The notes under the pieces were generated by a model, which saw nothing but the letters and a program-made list of their open reading frames with translations, was not told the DNA's origin and did no database searches. Position numbers and translations under genes: made by a program. 64,000 nt of DNA from an uncultured delta proteobacterium (GTDB lineage: Bacteria; Desulfobacterota; Binatia; UBA9968), in contig CAVUZH010000013.1 in assembly GCA_963745835.1 (NCBI GenBank), positions 512,001 through 576,000 on the forward strand, written 5' to 3'. Shown piece by piece: positions 21,112 through 31,157 of this stretch (within the stretch, counting starts at the first letter, position 1; each line of letters starts with the position of its first letter).

Positions 21112-21477
21112 AAAATCAGTCGAGTCTCGCAGTTTGATCGAGCGGTTCACGCAACAAGAAAGCAAAACCTGAAGATTTCAGAGAGCGGAATCTCAATGAA
21201 AGAAGAGATCGTTATCTTAAATATTGAACGACACATTGGCGGACATGCCGGAACGCATTCATCACTTGCAGAAGAAACTCAAAACCTGGAAAGCGTTTTC
21301 CGAGGAATGGGCCAAGCTCGGGCGATCAGATCAAGGAACAGGACGCGGTTAGTACAGAAGTCGCGCGAAGAGGGATGGTCTTTCCGCAGTGTGCGCCCGG
21401 TGCGTTTTGATTCTACGTTCCCCCAAGCCGTCTCGCCAGGTGCGTCGGGATATTAAATGAAGCTTAGGATCCCTGGG

Positions 21478-22305
21478 CTAGTTCTCCGTGATATCGATAA
21501 ATACTCCGTCGGGATCGGAGAACTGATGCTGGCCGTGCCGGCACGAAGCGATTAAGGCCAACCGGCGCTCTCCCTCGCTGGGCTCGCTGACGATTCTTTC
21601 GCGCATGCTCGCATCCGACTCGCGCAAAGCGGCCAGTTGTTTCTTGACCAAATCGATGCTTTCCACTTTGAAGCCCAGGTGTTCTAATCCAGGCCTGTCA
21701 ATGCCGGCGCCTTCGAAGTCGGTCATCTTCCAGGGGGCGACGATCAAGGTAACCTTGCCATCGGTGAGATAATAATTGGGATCCTCCAGCGCCTTTTCTT
21801 CTTCCTTTAACTCGAACAGGTCGCGGTAAAAGGCCGCGATCGCCTCGGCATTCATGACGCGCAACTTGATATGATGAATCCGCCTAGGGTCCTCGCGAGC
21901 CTGCTCGACGTATACATCGCGCCGATTCTGCATGCCTTCCTGGGTGAGATCGAAATAATTGCCCTCGGGATCATGAGCGCCAAAGGTCGCGAACGGTCGG
22001 TTGGAGGGCCGCTTCAACACGGCTACATCGGGGTATTCCATTTTAACGCGCGCGCAAGCTTCCTCGACGTTATCAACGTCGATACCAAAATGATGGAGCC
22101 CCGGATTGTAGCCCGGTTTCCGGCCGATAATCGTCATGCCGACGTAGCCGTCGCTGACACTGACGGCATAATTGGTCTGGATCGCCCTTTCCTCTTCGGC
22201 GGAGCCCGGCTTGGATCGTCTCATGCCGAGCACGGCTTCGTAGAATTTGGCTTCGCGCACGAAATTTTCGCTGACGATCGCAACGTGCTGGATTTTAGAT
22301 AGCAT
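21478..22305 (-). CDS. VOC (glyoxalase/extradiol dioxygenase fold) family protein, two domains
   Basis: IQHVAIV, GLHHFGIDV, DPEGNYFDL, GLEHLGFKV, DPDGVFIDI; GGAGG RBS. Confidence 0.85.
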   Translation of the reverse strand: MLSKIQHVAIVSENFVREAKFYEAVLGMRRSKPGSAEEERAIQTNYAVSVSDGYVGMTIIGRKPGYNPGLHHFGIDVDNVEEACARVKMEYPDVAVLKRPSNRPFATFGAHDPEGNYFDLTQEGMQNRRDVYVEQAREDPRRIHHIKLRVMNAEAIAAFYRDLFELKEEEKALEDPNYYLTDGKVTLIVAPWKMTDFEGAGIDRPGLEHLGFKVESIDLVKKQLAALRESDASMRERIVSEPSEGERRLALIASCRHGQHQFSDPDGVFIDITEN

Positions 22306-22325
22306 AATGCCTCCGCTTTCACTGA

Positions 22326-22420
22326 GTTCCAAATGTTCCAATCGTTTGAATGCATGAAGTGACAGAGCCTCCGAGCGCTTAAACAGTTGGAACGTTTGGA
22401 ACCACTGGAACATTTGGAAC
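22326..22420. repeat. TTGGAAC-family inverted repeat element R4
   Basis: gttccaaatgttcca (22326) is the reverse complement of tggaacatttggaac (ends 22420); right arm has 9-bp period ttggaacgt-ttggaacca-ctggaacat-ttggaac. Confidence 0.8.
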
Positions 22421-22425
22421 TTGCA

Positions 22426-23415
22426 TCACTTTCCAGTGATGCGCTTGAAGAACCCCTCTTTCTCTAATTCATCGAGAGTGCTCTCATCGACATACTTGCT
22501 CATGTTCATGTCGACTTTGGCGGCAGGGTTTCGCTGCGCGACCATCTCCAGAGTGTTGCGCACACCTTGCTGGGCTATGCGCGTCGGAAATGAAAAGCTG
22601 GTCGCGATATAGTCGTAAGTTTCCTCGACGGCCTTGGGGTTTTTCTGCTGCAGTCGCTTGGTCAGTACCGCGATCGCCTTTGGTTTATCGTTCAACAGCT
22701 GATACGTAGCCTCGGCGTAGGCTTGCTGGAAGCGCTTGACGAGCTCGCGGTTCTTAGCCAAAAAAGACCGGCGCACCACCATCGCGTTCATTGGAAAGGC
22801 CGCTGTCTGCATGTCGCGCATATGTGCGAGCACGTTCATGCCCATGCGGATTGCCTCGCCCAACTCCGGTTGTGCCAAGACGGTTGCGTCCAATGCTTTA
22901 GCCGAAAGCGCGACCAGCCGCTGCGCAGCGCCGCCGCTCTGAATGATCGTCACGGCTTGCCTTGGAACATTCCACTCCTTGAGCGCGAGCACGATCGCCA
23001 GTTCGTTAGCGCCGCCGAACCCGACTATTCCGATCTTCTTGCCGTTGAGATCCTCGGGCTTTTGGATCTCCTTCTGTGCGACGAAACTGAAGGGGAAAGT
23101 GTTGAGCGAACCCGAGATCATCACCAGGTCCGCCCCCTGATTGATCGCGTTGATCGTCGTTACCGCATCGACCTGAGCGAAATCAACGCTGTTGCCGATC
23201 AACCCTTGGATCTGGCGGGTCGAGCCCGGCAACAGAACGACATCGCCGTTGATGCCGTACTTCGCCAGCAAACCTAGATCCTTGGTCGCCCAGACCGGCG
23301 TCTGAAAACCGGCAAAGCCGGCGTACGCGATATTATAGCGCTCCTGCGCGGGAAGAGCCGTCGGCGCCAGAATGCACAGAAAGACAACCAAACCCAATAC
23401 GTTTTTCCAGGTCAT
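22426..23415 (-). CDS. ABC transporter substrate-binding protein (NitT/TauT family)
   Basis: Signal peptide; PVWATKDLGLLAKYG, DLNGKKIG, YVDESTLDELEKEGFF. Confidence 0.85.
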   Translation of the reverse strand: MTWKNVLGLVVFLCILAPTALPAQERYNIAYAGFAGFQTPVWATKDLGLLAKYGINGDVVLLPGSTRQIQGLIGNSVDFAQVDAVTTINAINQGADLVMISGSLNTFPFSFVAQKEIQKPEDLNGKKIGIVGFGGANELAIVLALKEWNVPRQAVTIIQSGGAAQRLVALSAKALDATVLAQPELGEAIRMGMNVLAHMRDMQTAAFPMNAMVVRRSFLAKNRELVKRFQQAYAEATYQLLNDKPKAIAVLTKRLQQKNPKAVEETYDYIATSFSFPTRIAQQGVRNTLEMVAQRNPAAKVDMNMSKYVDESTLDELEKEGFFKRITGK

Positions 23416-23462
23416 TTGAACGTTACCTTTCCACGGAATTCATCCGATTTCACAGGGCACCG

Positions 23463-24749
23463 TCAGCGACTGCGAACGCGCTCGATGGTCGCGATCCGCG
23501 CCCTCGTATGCTGCTTCCAGTCAACCGAGGCGTCAATTATCTCCGAAAATACCTGCAGGTGCGAAAACCGGTTCGATGCCGGATCGCGCAGTACGTGCTG
23601 CGGGTCGCGGCCGTGCTTGACGTCATTGATGGCGTTCAACAACAGCTTACGCGCGGCAATGATCGCTTTGTCCGAGGAAACCAGATGCTCCGACGTGCGG
23701 TCTTGAATCGCACCCTGGCTCTCGGTGGCAAACGCGTCATGCGCTTGAAAGTTGTAACCCATGCCCGTAAACGTCTTGGTTTTCATTGATTCGCGGTCCT
23801 GCTGATATCGATTGACGCCGGTGCGAGTCAGGCGGAAATCCGCACCAAGCTCGGCGCGGCTCTTGTTGACCAGTTCTGGCGGCAGCGCCTTTTCGCGGCT
23901 AAACATGAAAACATATTTCCAATGGCTGGTGTCATCGATGGGCACGTGCCAGTGAACAGAATACCCTTCACCCACCGTGGAACCGCCAAAGGCGGCGAGG
24001 TTGGGCATCACGAAGTTGGTAACACGCAAATAGGTTTTATCTTCTCCGGATGCTCGCAACGAACAAATTCTCAAACCGAAATCGGTGAGCTCGACTTCGA
24101 TCGTCGGCGCGATGTCTTTGCCGAGTAATGTGTTATCCGTCGTGTCGGTGCCCGGCACGACCCGTCGCAGCGGCATCGGGGCGTCGGCAAGAAACTGGTG
24201 CAGGAAGGATAAATGCACCGGATCGATGTTGCCTTCGTTACCCTGCAGATAATTGCAGTTGTAGAAAATCTTTGTGACTGCGCGCTGCTCTTCCGGCACG
24301 GAAAGAAATTCATAATCGGGCAGCAGCGGCGGCTCGCCCGCTCCCATGTACGTTAAGATCACGCCGCCGCTCTCTCTGCAGGGATGCGCCCGATGACGGA
24401 TCTGATCCCGGTTTGCGCCCCCGCCGGGCTCACCGGGCTGTTCGATAACCCGGCCGCAAACATCATAGAGCCAGCCGTGATAAATACATCTGAGCCCGCC
24501 GTTTTCGATCCGCCCATAGCTGAGGTCGGTTCCGCGATGGGAGCAATGCAAACCCAGTAGACCCGGTTGTCCATGATCGTCGCGAAACAGCACCAACTCC
24601 TCGCCCAGGACATTCACCCGCAAAGGCGCGGCGCCCTGCGGCAGTTCCTCTGATAAAGCGATTGGTTGCCAGTAGCGGCGCATGAGCTCTCCACACGGAG
24701 TTTCGGGAGCCGTTTGAGTTAAAAGATTGTTTTCTTCTCGAGAGATCAT
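23463..24749 (-). CDS. Rieske oxygenase alpha subunit (phthalate 4,5-dioxygenase / LigX-like)
   Basis: GELMRRYWQP, Rieske CSH...CIYHGW, mononuclear Fe EGNIDPVHLSFLH, D...TESQG. Confidence 0.9.
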   Translation of the reverse strand: MISREENNLLTQTAPETPCGELMRRYWQPIALSEELPQGAAPLRVNVLGEELVLFRDDHGQPGLLGLHCSHRGTDLSYGRIENGGLRCIYHGWLYDVCGRVIEQPGEPGGGANRDQIRHRAHPCRESGGVILTYMGAGEPPLLPDYEFLSVPEEQRAVTKIFYNCNYLQGNEGNIDPVHLSFLHQFLADAPMPLRRVVPGTDTTDNTLLGKDIAPTIEVELTDFGLRICSLRASGEDKTYLRVTNFVMPNLAAFGGSTVGEGYSVHWHVPIDDTSHWKYVFMFSREKALPPELVNKSRAELGADFRLTRTGVNRYQQDRESMKTKTFTGMGYNFQAHDAFATESQGAIQDRTSEHLVSSDKAIIAARKLLLNAINDVKHGRDPQHVLRDPASNRFSHLQVFSEIIDASVDWKQHTRARIATIERVRSR

Positions 24750-24836
24750 TACGGTTTGCCCCTAAACTCGATCGACTCGTATCTTGCTATTCGCCAACCG
24801 CCGAGTCAACATCTGCTTTTGTCCGCAAATACGGCA

Positions 24837-25012
24837 GTTCAAGGTTCAACCGTTCAACGTTCAACGACAGAGTAACTTGAGCAGATCGGCCAGGGTAGTA
24901 TTCCGGGGATGAACACATCAATCCTCCCTCTGACGTTGAACCTTTGAACCGTTGAACGGCTCCCGTCCACCTCAAACGCTTGAACACTCCCGTTCACCTT
25001 GAACCTGGAACG
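24837..25012. repeat. GTTCAA/TTGAAC inverted short-period repeat element R5
   Basis: Four GTTCAA units (24838-24865) facing gttgaacctttgaaccgttgaac (24935-24957), plus further TTGAAC/TGGAAC units to 25012. Confidence 0.8.
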
Positions 25013-25071
25013 TTTGCTATAGTAGGTTAAGCGGACTAAAGCACAGGCATTCGCATAGGAAGAAAGAAGCC

Positions 25072-25974
25072 ATGGCTAATCTCGTTGGTTGTTTTGCGAT
25101 GTCACACGGGCCGCAGTTGATGCTCGAGCCGAAGCATTGGAACCTCCTGCGCATGCGAGAGGCGGAAAAGCTGCCGGAGAAGCCCGAGCTCGAGAGCGAG
25201 ACTGACGAGGTCAAATGGCAGAAGTGGCATCACTGCATGGACGCAATCGCCAAGCTCCGGCAAAAATTACAAGCTTTGCATCCGGACGTTGCCATCGTTA
25301 TCGGCGACGATCAGCACGAAAATATCCTCGACGACAACACGCCGCCCTTCACGATTTTCATCGGCGATGAAGCGGAAGCAACCACCAGTCTCAGGTATCT
25401 CAATCAAGCTAAATCGGATAATCGGACTCGCTATGACATCGACAGCGAACTGGCCAAGGGTCTGTTAGCCGATCTGATGAACAATGGATTTGACCCCGCC
25501 TACTCAAAGATGACCCGCTATGACGGCGGCTTGGGCCACGCCTTCGCGCGGGTGCTCAAGTTTCTGCTTCCTGACACGAGCTGCCGGGTCGTTCCAATCA
25601 TGGTCAACACCTATTTTCCACCGGCGCCATCGGCCAAGCGTTGCGTCCAATTCGGTCGCGCATTGGCCGCGGCGATTCGCCGTGATCCTGGAACTCAACG
25701 GGTCGTGATTGTCGGTTCCGGCGGGCTTAGCCACACCAAAATCGATGAGAGACTCGACGCCGAGTTTCTGGAGTTCGTCAAACGCAACGATTTGCAGTCG
25801 ATGACCGCAATGCCTTCAGCTTTGTTTGTCGAGGGGACATCGGAAATTCTCAACTGGATTGCCACGGCCGCCGCCGCCGACCACCCGGGCGAGATCATCG
25901 AGTACCAACCGTTGTACCGATCCAGGACCGGCGTCGGTTGCGCCATGGGCTTTGCCTATTGGGATCTGCAGTAA
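25072..25974 (+). CDS. Class III extradiol ring-cleavage dioxygenase (LigB fold, DesZ-like)
   Basis: MSHGP, GDDQHE, LGHAF, SGGLSH, SEILNW, GCAMGFAYW. Confidence 0.8.
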   Translation: MANLVGCFAMSHGPQLMLEPKHWNLLRMREAEKLPEKPELESETDEVKWQKWHHCMDAIAKLRQKLQALHPDVAIVIGDDQHENILDDNTPPFTIFIGDEAEATTSLRYLNQAKSDNRTRYDIDSELAKGLLADLMNNGFDPAYSKMTRYDGGLGHAFARVLKFLLPDTSCRVVPIMVNTYFPPAPSAKRCVQFGRALAAAIRRDPGTQRVVIVGSGGLSHTKIDERLDAEFLEFVKRNDLQSMTAMPSALFVEGTSEILNWIATAAAADHPGEIIEYQPLYRSRTGVGCAMGFAYWDLQ

Positions 25975-26018
25975 TTTCGCCGGCTGATGCCCCTGGCACG
26001 AAGCCTACCAGTCACTGA

Positions 26019-27314
26019 ATGACGACCGATTCATCTGAACCGAATCCGCAAACCGTCGGCCGCCTCGCCGCATTTCGGTATCGCGACTTCCGACTTTTTT
26101 GGCTGAGTCTGTTTGTCTCCAACGTCGGTACCTGGATGCAGATGACGGCGACCAACTGGCTTTTGTATCAGCTCACCGACTCTGCCTTCCAACTCGGCCT
26201 CAACGGCCTCTTTCGCGCCGTGCCTGCAATCTTTCTGGGCTTGATCAGCGGCACGTTCGCCGATCGCTACGACAGGAAACGTCTGCTTCTCTGGACCCAG
26301 CTCGCCTTGGCATTGCTCACGCTCGGACTCGCTGTCTTGGATCATTCTGGGAGCATTCAGGCTTGGCAGATCTACGCTTTCACGTTCATCAGCGCAGCTG
26401 TCGGTTCTTTCGACGGTCCCGCGCGCCAAGCACTGTTCCCATCTCTGGTGCCTCGCTCTGCATTGCCCAATGCCGTCGCGCTGAATTCAGTATTGTGGAA
26501 AGGCGCAGCGCTAATTGGGCCTTCGCTGGGCGGCATCGCCATTAGCCTGCTGGGAACCAGCGGCGCATTCTACGCCAACGCTGCAAGCTTCTTAGCAGTT
26601 GTCATTGCTTTGATGATGATGCGCAGTTATACCCCGCCGGCTGAGAGACCTCACGATTTCTTCGGCGAAATGAAAGACGGATTCACTTACATGCTTTCAA
26701 AGCCAATCATTCTTGGGGTACTGGTCATGGAGGCGGTTTCGTCACTATTCGGCCTCGATAACGCCATGCTGACGATTTTTGCCAGCGATGTCTTTCACGT
26801 CGGCGCCCATGGTTTCGGTTTTCTACAGTCATCGCGCGGTCTTGGCGCTGTGATCGGTTCGAGCCTGTTCATCGGCATGGGGCAACAACCGGCGCAGGGA
26901 AAGATTCTGACCATCGCGGCGATTCTTTACGGCGTCGGTTTTGCGGCTTTCGGGGTTGCCCCTTCGTTTGTATTGGCGATCATCCTCCTCGCCATGGTCG
27001 GCGCCACCGACGCAATCTGGTCGGCGGCGCGCGGTACGATTCTTCAATTAACAACACCGGAGAGATTTCGCGGCCGAATCATGGGTCTGTTTCAACTGAG
27101 CAACCGCGGCCTTCATCCGTTGGGACAAACGGAAACCGGACTGATGGTTCCGCTGATCGGCGCGCGGGAAACAACTGTAGTGGGTGGGCTACTGGTTTCG
27201 GCGGTTACTCTGATGATTGCTTGGCGCATACCAAGCATCGTCCGTTTCCGATTGAATGAGGGCGAGGAGCGCGATGGCCGTGAAGTTTTCAGGGAAAACA
27301 AACTAGCAGACTGA
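26019..27314 (+). CDS. MFS transporter (DUF894/MFS_3-like)
   Basis: FRLFW, SNVGTWMQ, G.FADRYDRK, PARQA, P..FRGR.MG; about 12 TM. Confidence 0.9.
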   Translation: MTTDSSEPNPQTVGRLAAFRYRDFRLFWLSLFVSNVGTWMQMTATNWLLYQLTDSAFQLGLNGLFRAVPAIFLGLISGTFADRYDRKRLLLWTQLALALLTLGLAVLDHSGSIQAWQIYAFTFISAAVGSFDGPARQALFPSLVPRSALPNAVALNSVLWKGAALIGPSLGGIAISLLGTSGAFYANAASFLAVVIALMMMRSYTPPAERPHDFFGEMKDGFTYMLSKPIILGVLVMEAVSSLFGLDNAMLTIFASDVFHVGAHGFGFLQSSRGLGAVIGSSLFIGMGQQPAQGKILTIAAILYGVGFAAFGVAPSFVLAIILLAMVGATDAIWSAARGTILQLTTPERFRGRIMGLFQLSNRGLHPLGQTETGLMVPLIGARETTVVGGLLVSAVTLMIAWRIPSIVRFRLNEGEERDGREVFRENKLAD

Positions 27315-27546
27315 CAGACGATGAAATCTGTTCTTGAATGAAAAATATCGAACCAGCGAGATTAGGAGCACGGAGCAAACGTTTGCAACAAAGACAATCC
27401 GTTTCTGCATCTTAGAAAGCGACAGCTGTCAGTGCGCCGCGGGAAATAACGAGCAGGGGCATCAGCTTTATCTTCATCACTCACTCTAAAGATAGGCAGA
27501 ATAGAAAAACCACATGGATGTTAGTAGCGGACTTGTATTGACTCTA

Positions 27547-28638
27547 CTAGGCCGCTGCTTTCGCCGTGCAGCGCGGATGTTGTCCGCCCATCGCGCACTG
27601 GGCGCCAACCTTCACGAGTTCCTGTTCGAATTCTTTGTGAATCTGCGGATCCTCGTCCTCGTACTCCATTTGCGAGCCGCCTTTTTTAACGTCTTCATCC
27701 ACGCCGTAGAGTTTTCTCAGGCCTTTGAACTTTCTGCCGCTGGCGCGCAGCGCTAAATAGCGCGCCGGCTCGTTCCCCGCGTTGAAATGTTGGTGAAACC
27801 AGAAGTCGGGCGGAACGACGATTGAACCGGGCTGCCAATCGAAGCGCTTGATCTCCTCTCCCTGAGGCCACAGGCACGAGTAGCCCTTTCCGGCGATGAT
27901 GATCACATGCGCGCCGGGACCATGTCGATGTGCCTTCTTGTAAGTGCCGACCGGAAACTCGGAAATGTGGGCCCCCATGGTGTTTTCCGAAAGCTCCAGC
28001 ATGATGTTTTTGCCGCCAGCGCCGCGCTCTTTCCAAGCCTGAAGCGCCATTGTGTGCACGTCGGGAACAAAATTCGTATCCCAGATCCTTCCGGGAAACG
28101 AGTCGCCTTTGCCGGAAAAATATTCTTCCTCGCCGGAGAAACGATCTGAAAACACATAATTGTTGTTGAAGACAAAATCGGCGTTGTGAAATAGATTCAA
28201 CAGCACAGGCGCGTTGGTTACCGCCAGCATGCGCGCCGGTTCCGAACCGCTGCCGTTGAAGTGCTGGTAGTGGCAATTGATCGGCGGTGAAAATAGACTG
28301 CCGATTTGCCACTCGAAGGTTTGTTTTTTTCCGTTGGTTTGCCAAATCGATGTCGCCCCGTGGCCGCTGATCACGTAGATCATTTCTTCATAGAGATGGT
28401 GTTGCTCTCGGCCTTTTTGGCCCGGAGGAATTTCGTAGATGTAAGCGTCGTTGGCCTCTCCGGTGCCGATGAGATTCAAGTAAGCCCCAAAGCCGCCCAT
28501 TCTATCCCACGGCTCTAGCGGAACTTTCTTAATATCCTGAATGAAAAACTCGCGGATAATCGGAATTCCTTCTGTTTCGACCCACTGCTGATAGGTAGAC
28601 TCATCCGTCCATTTAGCTTGTTTGCTGGGAATCATCAC
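27547..28638 (-). CDS. Bicupin domain protein
   Basis: Two cupin halves: HHLYEE...YQHFN and AHRHG...FHQHFN; GGAGGA RBS. Confidence 0.8.
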   Translation of the reverse strand: MMIPSKQAKWTDESTYQQWVETEGIPIIREFFIQDIKKVPLEPWDRMGGFGAYLNLIGTGEANDAYIYEIPPGQKGREQHHLYEEMIYVISGHGATSIWQTNGKKQTFEWQIGSLFSPPINCHYQHFNGSGSEPARMLAVTNAPVLLNLFHNADFVFNNNYVFSDRFSGEEEYFSGKGDSFPGRIWDTNFVPDVHTMALQAWKERGAGGKNIMLELSENTMGAHISEFPVGTYKKAHRHGPGAHVIIIAGKGYSCLWPQGEEIKRFDWQPGSIVVPPDFWFHQHFNAGNEPARYLALRASGRKFKGLRKLYGVDEDVKKGGSQMEYEDEDPQIHKEFEQELVKVGAQCAMGGQHPRCTAKAAA

Positions 28639-28903
28639 TCCTCCGTTTCATGATTCTCGTGCATCGATGTTTTCAATTAGAATCGGGTATATCCGCGGTG
28701 ATCACTTTGTGCAAGAGACTCTAGCCAGCTCGACCATCCAAGAACCAGCGGTCGAAATTCGTCGCAATCAGCAAGGTCGTTCCATTGCTTGCTTGAGAGA
28801 TAACGCCAGGCGATACCGCTGTCCGTCGTTCATGTTGCTAGCCTAAACACCCGGCAGGGAGGGCAATAGCAGGTCACGGCGCCGTGAGGAAAGCTCATAT
28901 GAT

Positions 28904-29863
28904 CTAAGCTCGGAGGCGGGAGAGGTGAAGCTTACGAGATAAGAGCAGTTGTCGCAGTTCGCGTTTCACTTGCGCCACCACCGGCTGCCAATCTTCCGCC
29001 TGCTGCTGTCGAAACAAACGCATGGTCGGGTACCACGGGCTATCGCTCCGACCGCTCATCCAGCGCCAGTCCGCATCCTTTTGCAGCAGTGTCCAGGTTC
29101 GGACGCCTAATGCGCCGGCCAAATGAGCCGGCATGCTATCGATCGATACGACCAGATCGAGCGCCCGCATAACCCGCGCCGTCGTCAAAGCGTCGGCACC
29201 GTGCGGCAAAATCGTTTTGAAGCTTGGATGATGCTCCAATGCGGTCGCCTCTTGTTGGAGCACGTAGAAGCTAATCTCGTGAAGCTCCGCGAGTTGAGTC
29301 AGCAGATCGAATGGCACATCCCGTCGGGGATCCCAATCGCCGCCTCTCCAGACCAGACCTACCTTCATCTTACAATCGTCGAGGGCAGACGCCTCGACGT
29401 GGAAATAGGGAACTCGAGCGGGTATCGTTTCGACGGTCGTGCGAAACACGTACGGCAGTTCCATCACTTCCACGTCGGCGTCGTAGTCGCAATCCGGAGT
29501 TCCGTCGTGGAGCGGAATCATCCGGTCAATCTCCCCGGCCGTGCTTAGCAGCGCTATCAACGACGGCTGCGCCCAAACTGTTACTTGCGCGGCAATGGTT
29601 TTTAACAGAGGAATGTAGCGGATGAACTGAATGGTGTCGCCAAGGCCATGATAGCACCGCACCAGCACTCGTTTGCCGTGCAGCGATGCGCCGTTCCAGA
29701 TGACCTGTTGATGACGTGGCACATCGGTAGCCGCGCGTGGCGCAGCCAAGTGGCGCCGCAGCAGTATGTCGCTATTGCGCCAAGCCTGATCGAACTCGCC
29801 TCGCCGCATATGCTCCATCCATTGGGCAGTCAAATCGATCAGTTGATTTGGATTGCGAACCAC
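28904..29863 (-). CDS. GT9-like glycosyltransferase (type usually fused to TPR arrays)
   Basis: GLGDTIQFIRY, VGLVWRG, LDLVVSID...AHLAGALG, DWRW...SPWYPTMRLFRQ. Confidence 0.8.
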   Translation of the reverse strand: MVRNPNQLIDLTAQWMEHMRRGEFDQAWRNSDILLRRHLAAPRAATDVPRHQQVIWNGASLHGKRVLVRCYHGLGDTIQFIRYIPLLKTIAAQVTVWAQPSLIALLSTAGEIDRMIPLHDGTPDCDYDADVEVMELPYVFRTTVETIPARVPYFHVEASALDDCKMKVGLVWRGGDWDPRRDVPFDLLTQLAELHEISFYVLQQEATALEHHPSFKTILPHGADALTTARVMRALDLVVSIDSMPAHLAGALGVRTWTLLQKDADWRWMSGRSDSPWYPTMRLFRQQQAEDWQPVVAQVKRELRQLLLSRKLHLSRLRA

Positions 29864-30303
29864 TAACTGATTGAAACGCGATTTTCAGGCGCAGACAAGC
29901 GACAAGCGTTCCAGCCAAGATTCCTCAGCCTAGTCAATCAGCATGTGCTTGCCGGAGCCGGATGCGACTGACGGGCAATCATTCGAGAAGACGCACTTGG
30001 AACTGTGGATTTATTTGCGCAGCAAATGCGCTGAGAGTTAGGGATTGATCAAACCCAGTCAACGTCCTGGCGCAACTAAGACGCGGTTTCGCGCGAGCGG
30101 CTCGGTGCTTGGAACGGATCAGAATTCACGCGCGCGATTTCTCCGCTTGCATTCGCAAGTTCACACAATCGCAGCGCAGTAATGCCCTCGCCGGTTGGCG
30201 CCTGAATCTGCTGTTCCTCGCTTACGTGCCTGTCAGGACCAATGTCCGACGGCGCGAGAGTACTCGCGATGGATCTAGCGATGATTCCCAACCGAGGCAG
30301 TCT

Positions 30304-30942
30304 TTAGGAATTCAGCTTAGCCGACGGCCATCCGTAGATCCCTAAGGTCGATTTTCCCGCCATGAGATCTCTCTTGGTTTGATCCTCTTTGGCTTCGCGC
30401 TTCTGCGCCGCTTCAAGAGTTGCGGAGATCTCGGCTGCCGGGATGACGATCACGCCGTCTCGATCGCCCACCACCAAATCGCCAGGGTTGATGGTAATGT
30501 CGCCGAGTAGGATCGGCCAGTTGATGTGCCCGCCGCCCTGCTTGTCTGTGCCGCGCACTGATAAGCCGCGCGAGAACACCGGCAAGCCAAGTTGTTCGAT
30601 CAAATCTGCGTCGCGCACGCAACCGTCGATCACCAGACCCGAGATCTTTCGCTGCTGCGCCGCAATCGTCATGATCTCGCCCCAATAACCGCCTTCGTAT
30701 CCGCGATTTACCTCCGCCACTATGATCGATCCAGGTTCAGCAGCGTAGATCGCCTGATGCAGCATGAGGTTGTCCATCGGTGGGGAACTGACCGTCACCG
30801 CCGGTCCCGCAACCTTCATCCGCGGCGAAATGGGTTTGATGTGATGGGGCAAAGCACCCTTCCTGCCCATCGCCTCGTGTAATGTTGCCGTGCCGAAGTG
30901 GATCGCACGGGAGATAACTGTTTCGTTTAATGAAGGAGCCAT
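30304..30942 (-). CDS. RraA family / HMG-CHA aldolase
   Basis: TATLHEA, GPAVTV..P.DNLMLH, WGE, VIDGCVRD, PGDLVVGDRDGV. Confidence 0.85.
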   Translation of the reverse strand: MAPSLNETVISRAIHFGTATLHEAMGRKGALPHHIKPISPRMKVAGPAVTVSSPPMDNLMLHQAIYAAEPGSIIVAEVNRGYEGGYWGEIMTIAAQQRKISGLVIDGCVRDADLIEQLGLPVFSRGLSVRGTDKQGGGHINWPILLGDITINPGDLVVGDRDGVIVIPAAEISATLEAAQKREAKEDQTKRDLMAGKSTLGIYGWPSAKLNS

Positions 30943-31157
30943 AAACCTTTCCGTTAATTTTTTATCTGACGTTATATTATTCGCCGTTCAAGATGTCTCA
31001 ATCGATCGGCGCCAAAACGATCTATTCCGCTTCATATCTCATCTACCAGAACCGTATCTGGCTCACGATGAATTCCCTGGCGTCGTTTAGCCGGTCCATC
31101 CTCTGCAATCAACACACTCGCCGCGATCTTGAGCTTCTGACGCCGGGCTCCTGCGTG

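Noticed and set aside
21196-21456. 86-aa ORF divergent from entericidin
   Set aside because: No recognisable motif and weak RBS; cannot be supported.
22306-22413. N-terminal extension MFQWFQTFQLF... of the VOC gene, and similar ORFs at 12231-12635, 13844-14032 and 24787-24987
   Set aside because: These are translations of the TTGGAAC/TTGAAC repeats; a good RBS precedes ATG 22305.
10373-25012. TTGAAC repeats as a CRISPR array
   Set aside because: Units are 7-9 bp, degenerate and tandem, without constant 25-45 bp repeats or regular spacers; no cas genes.
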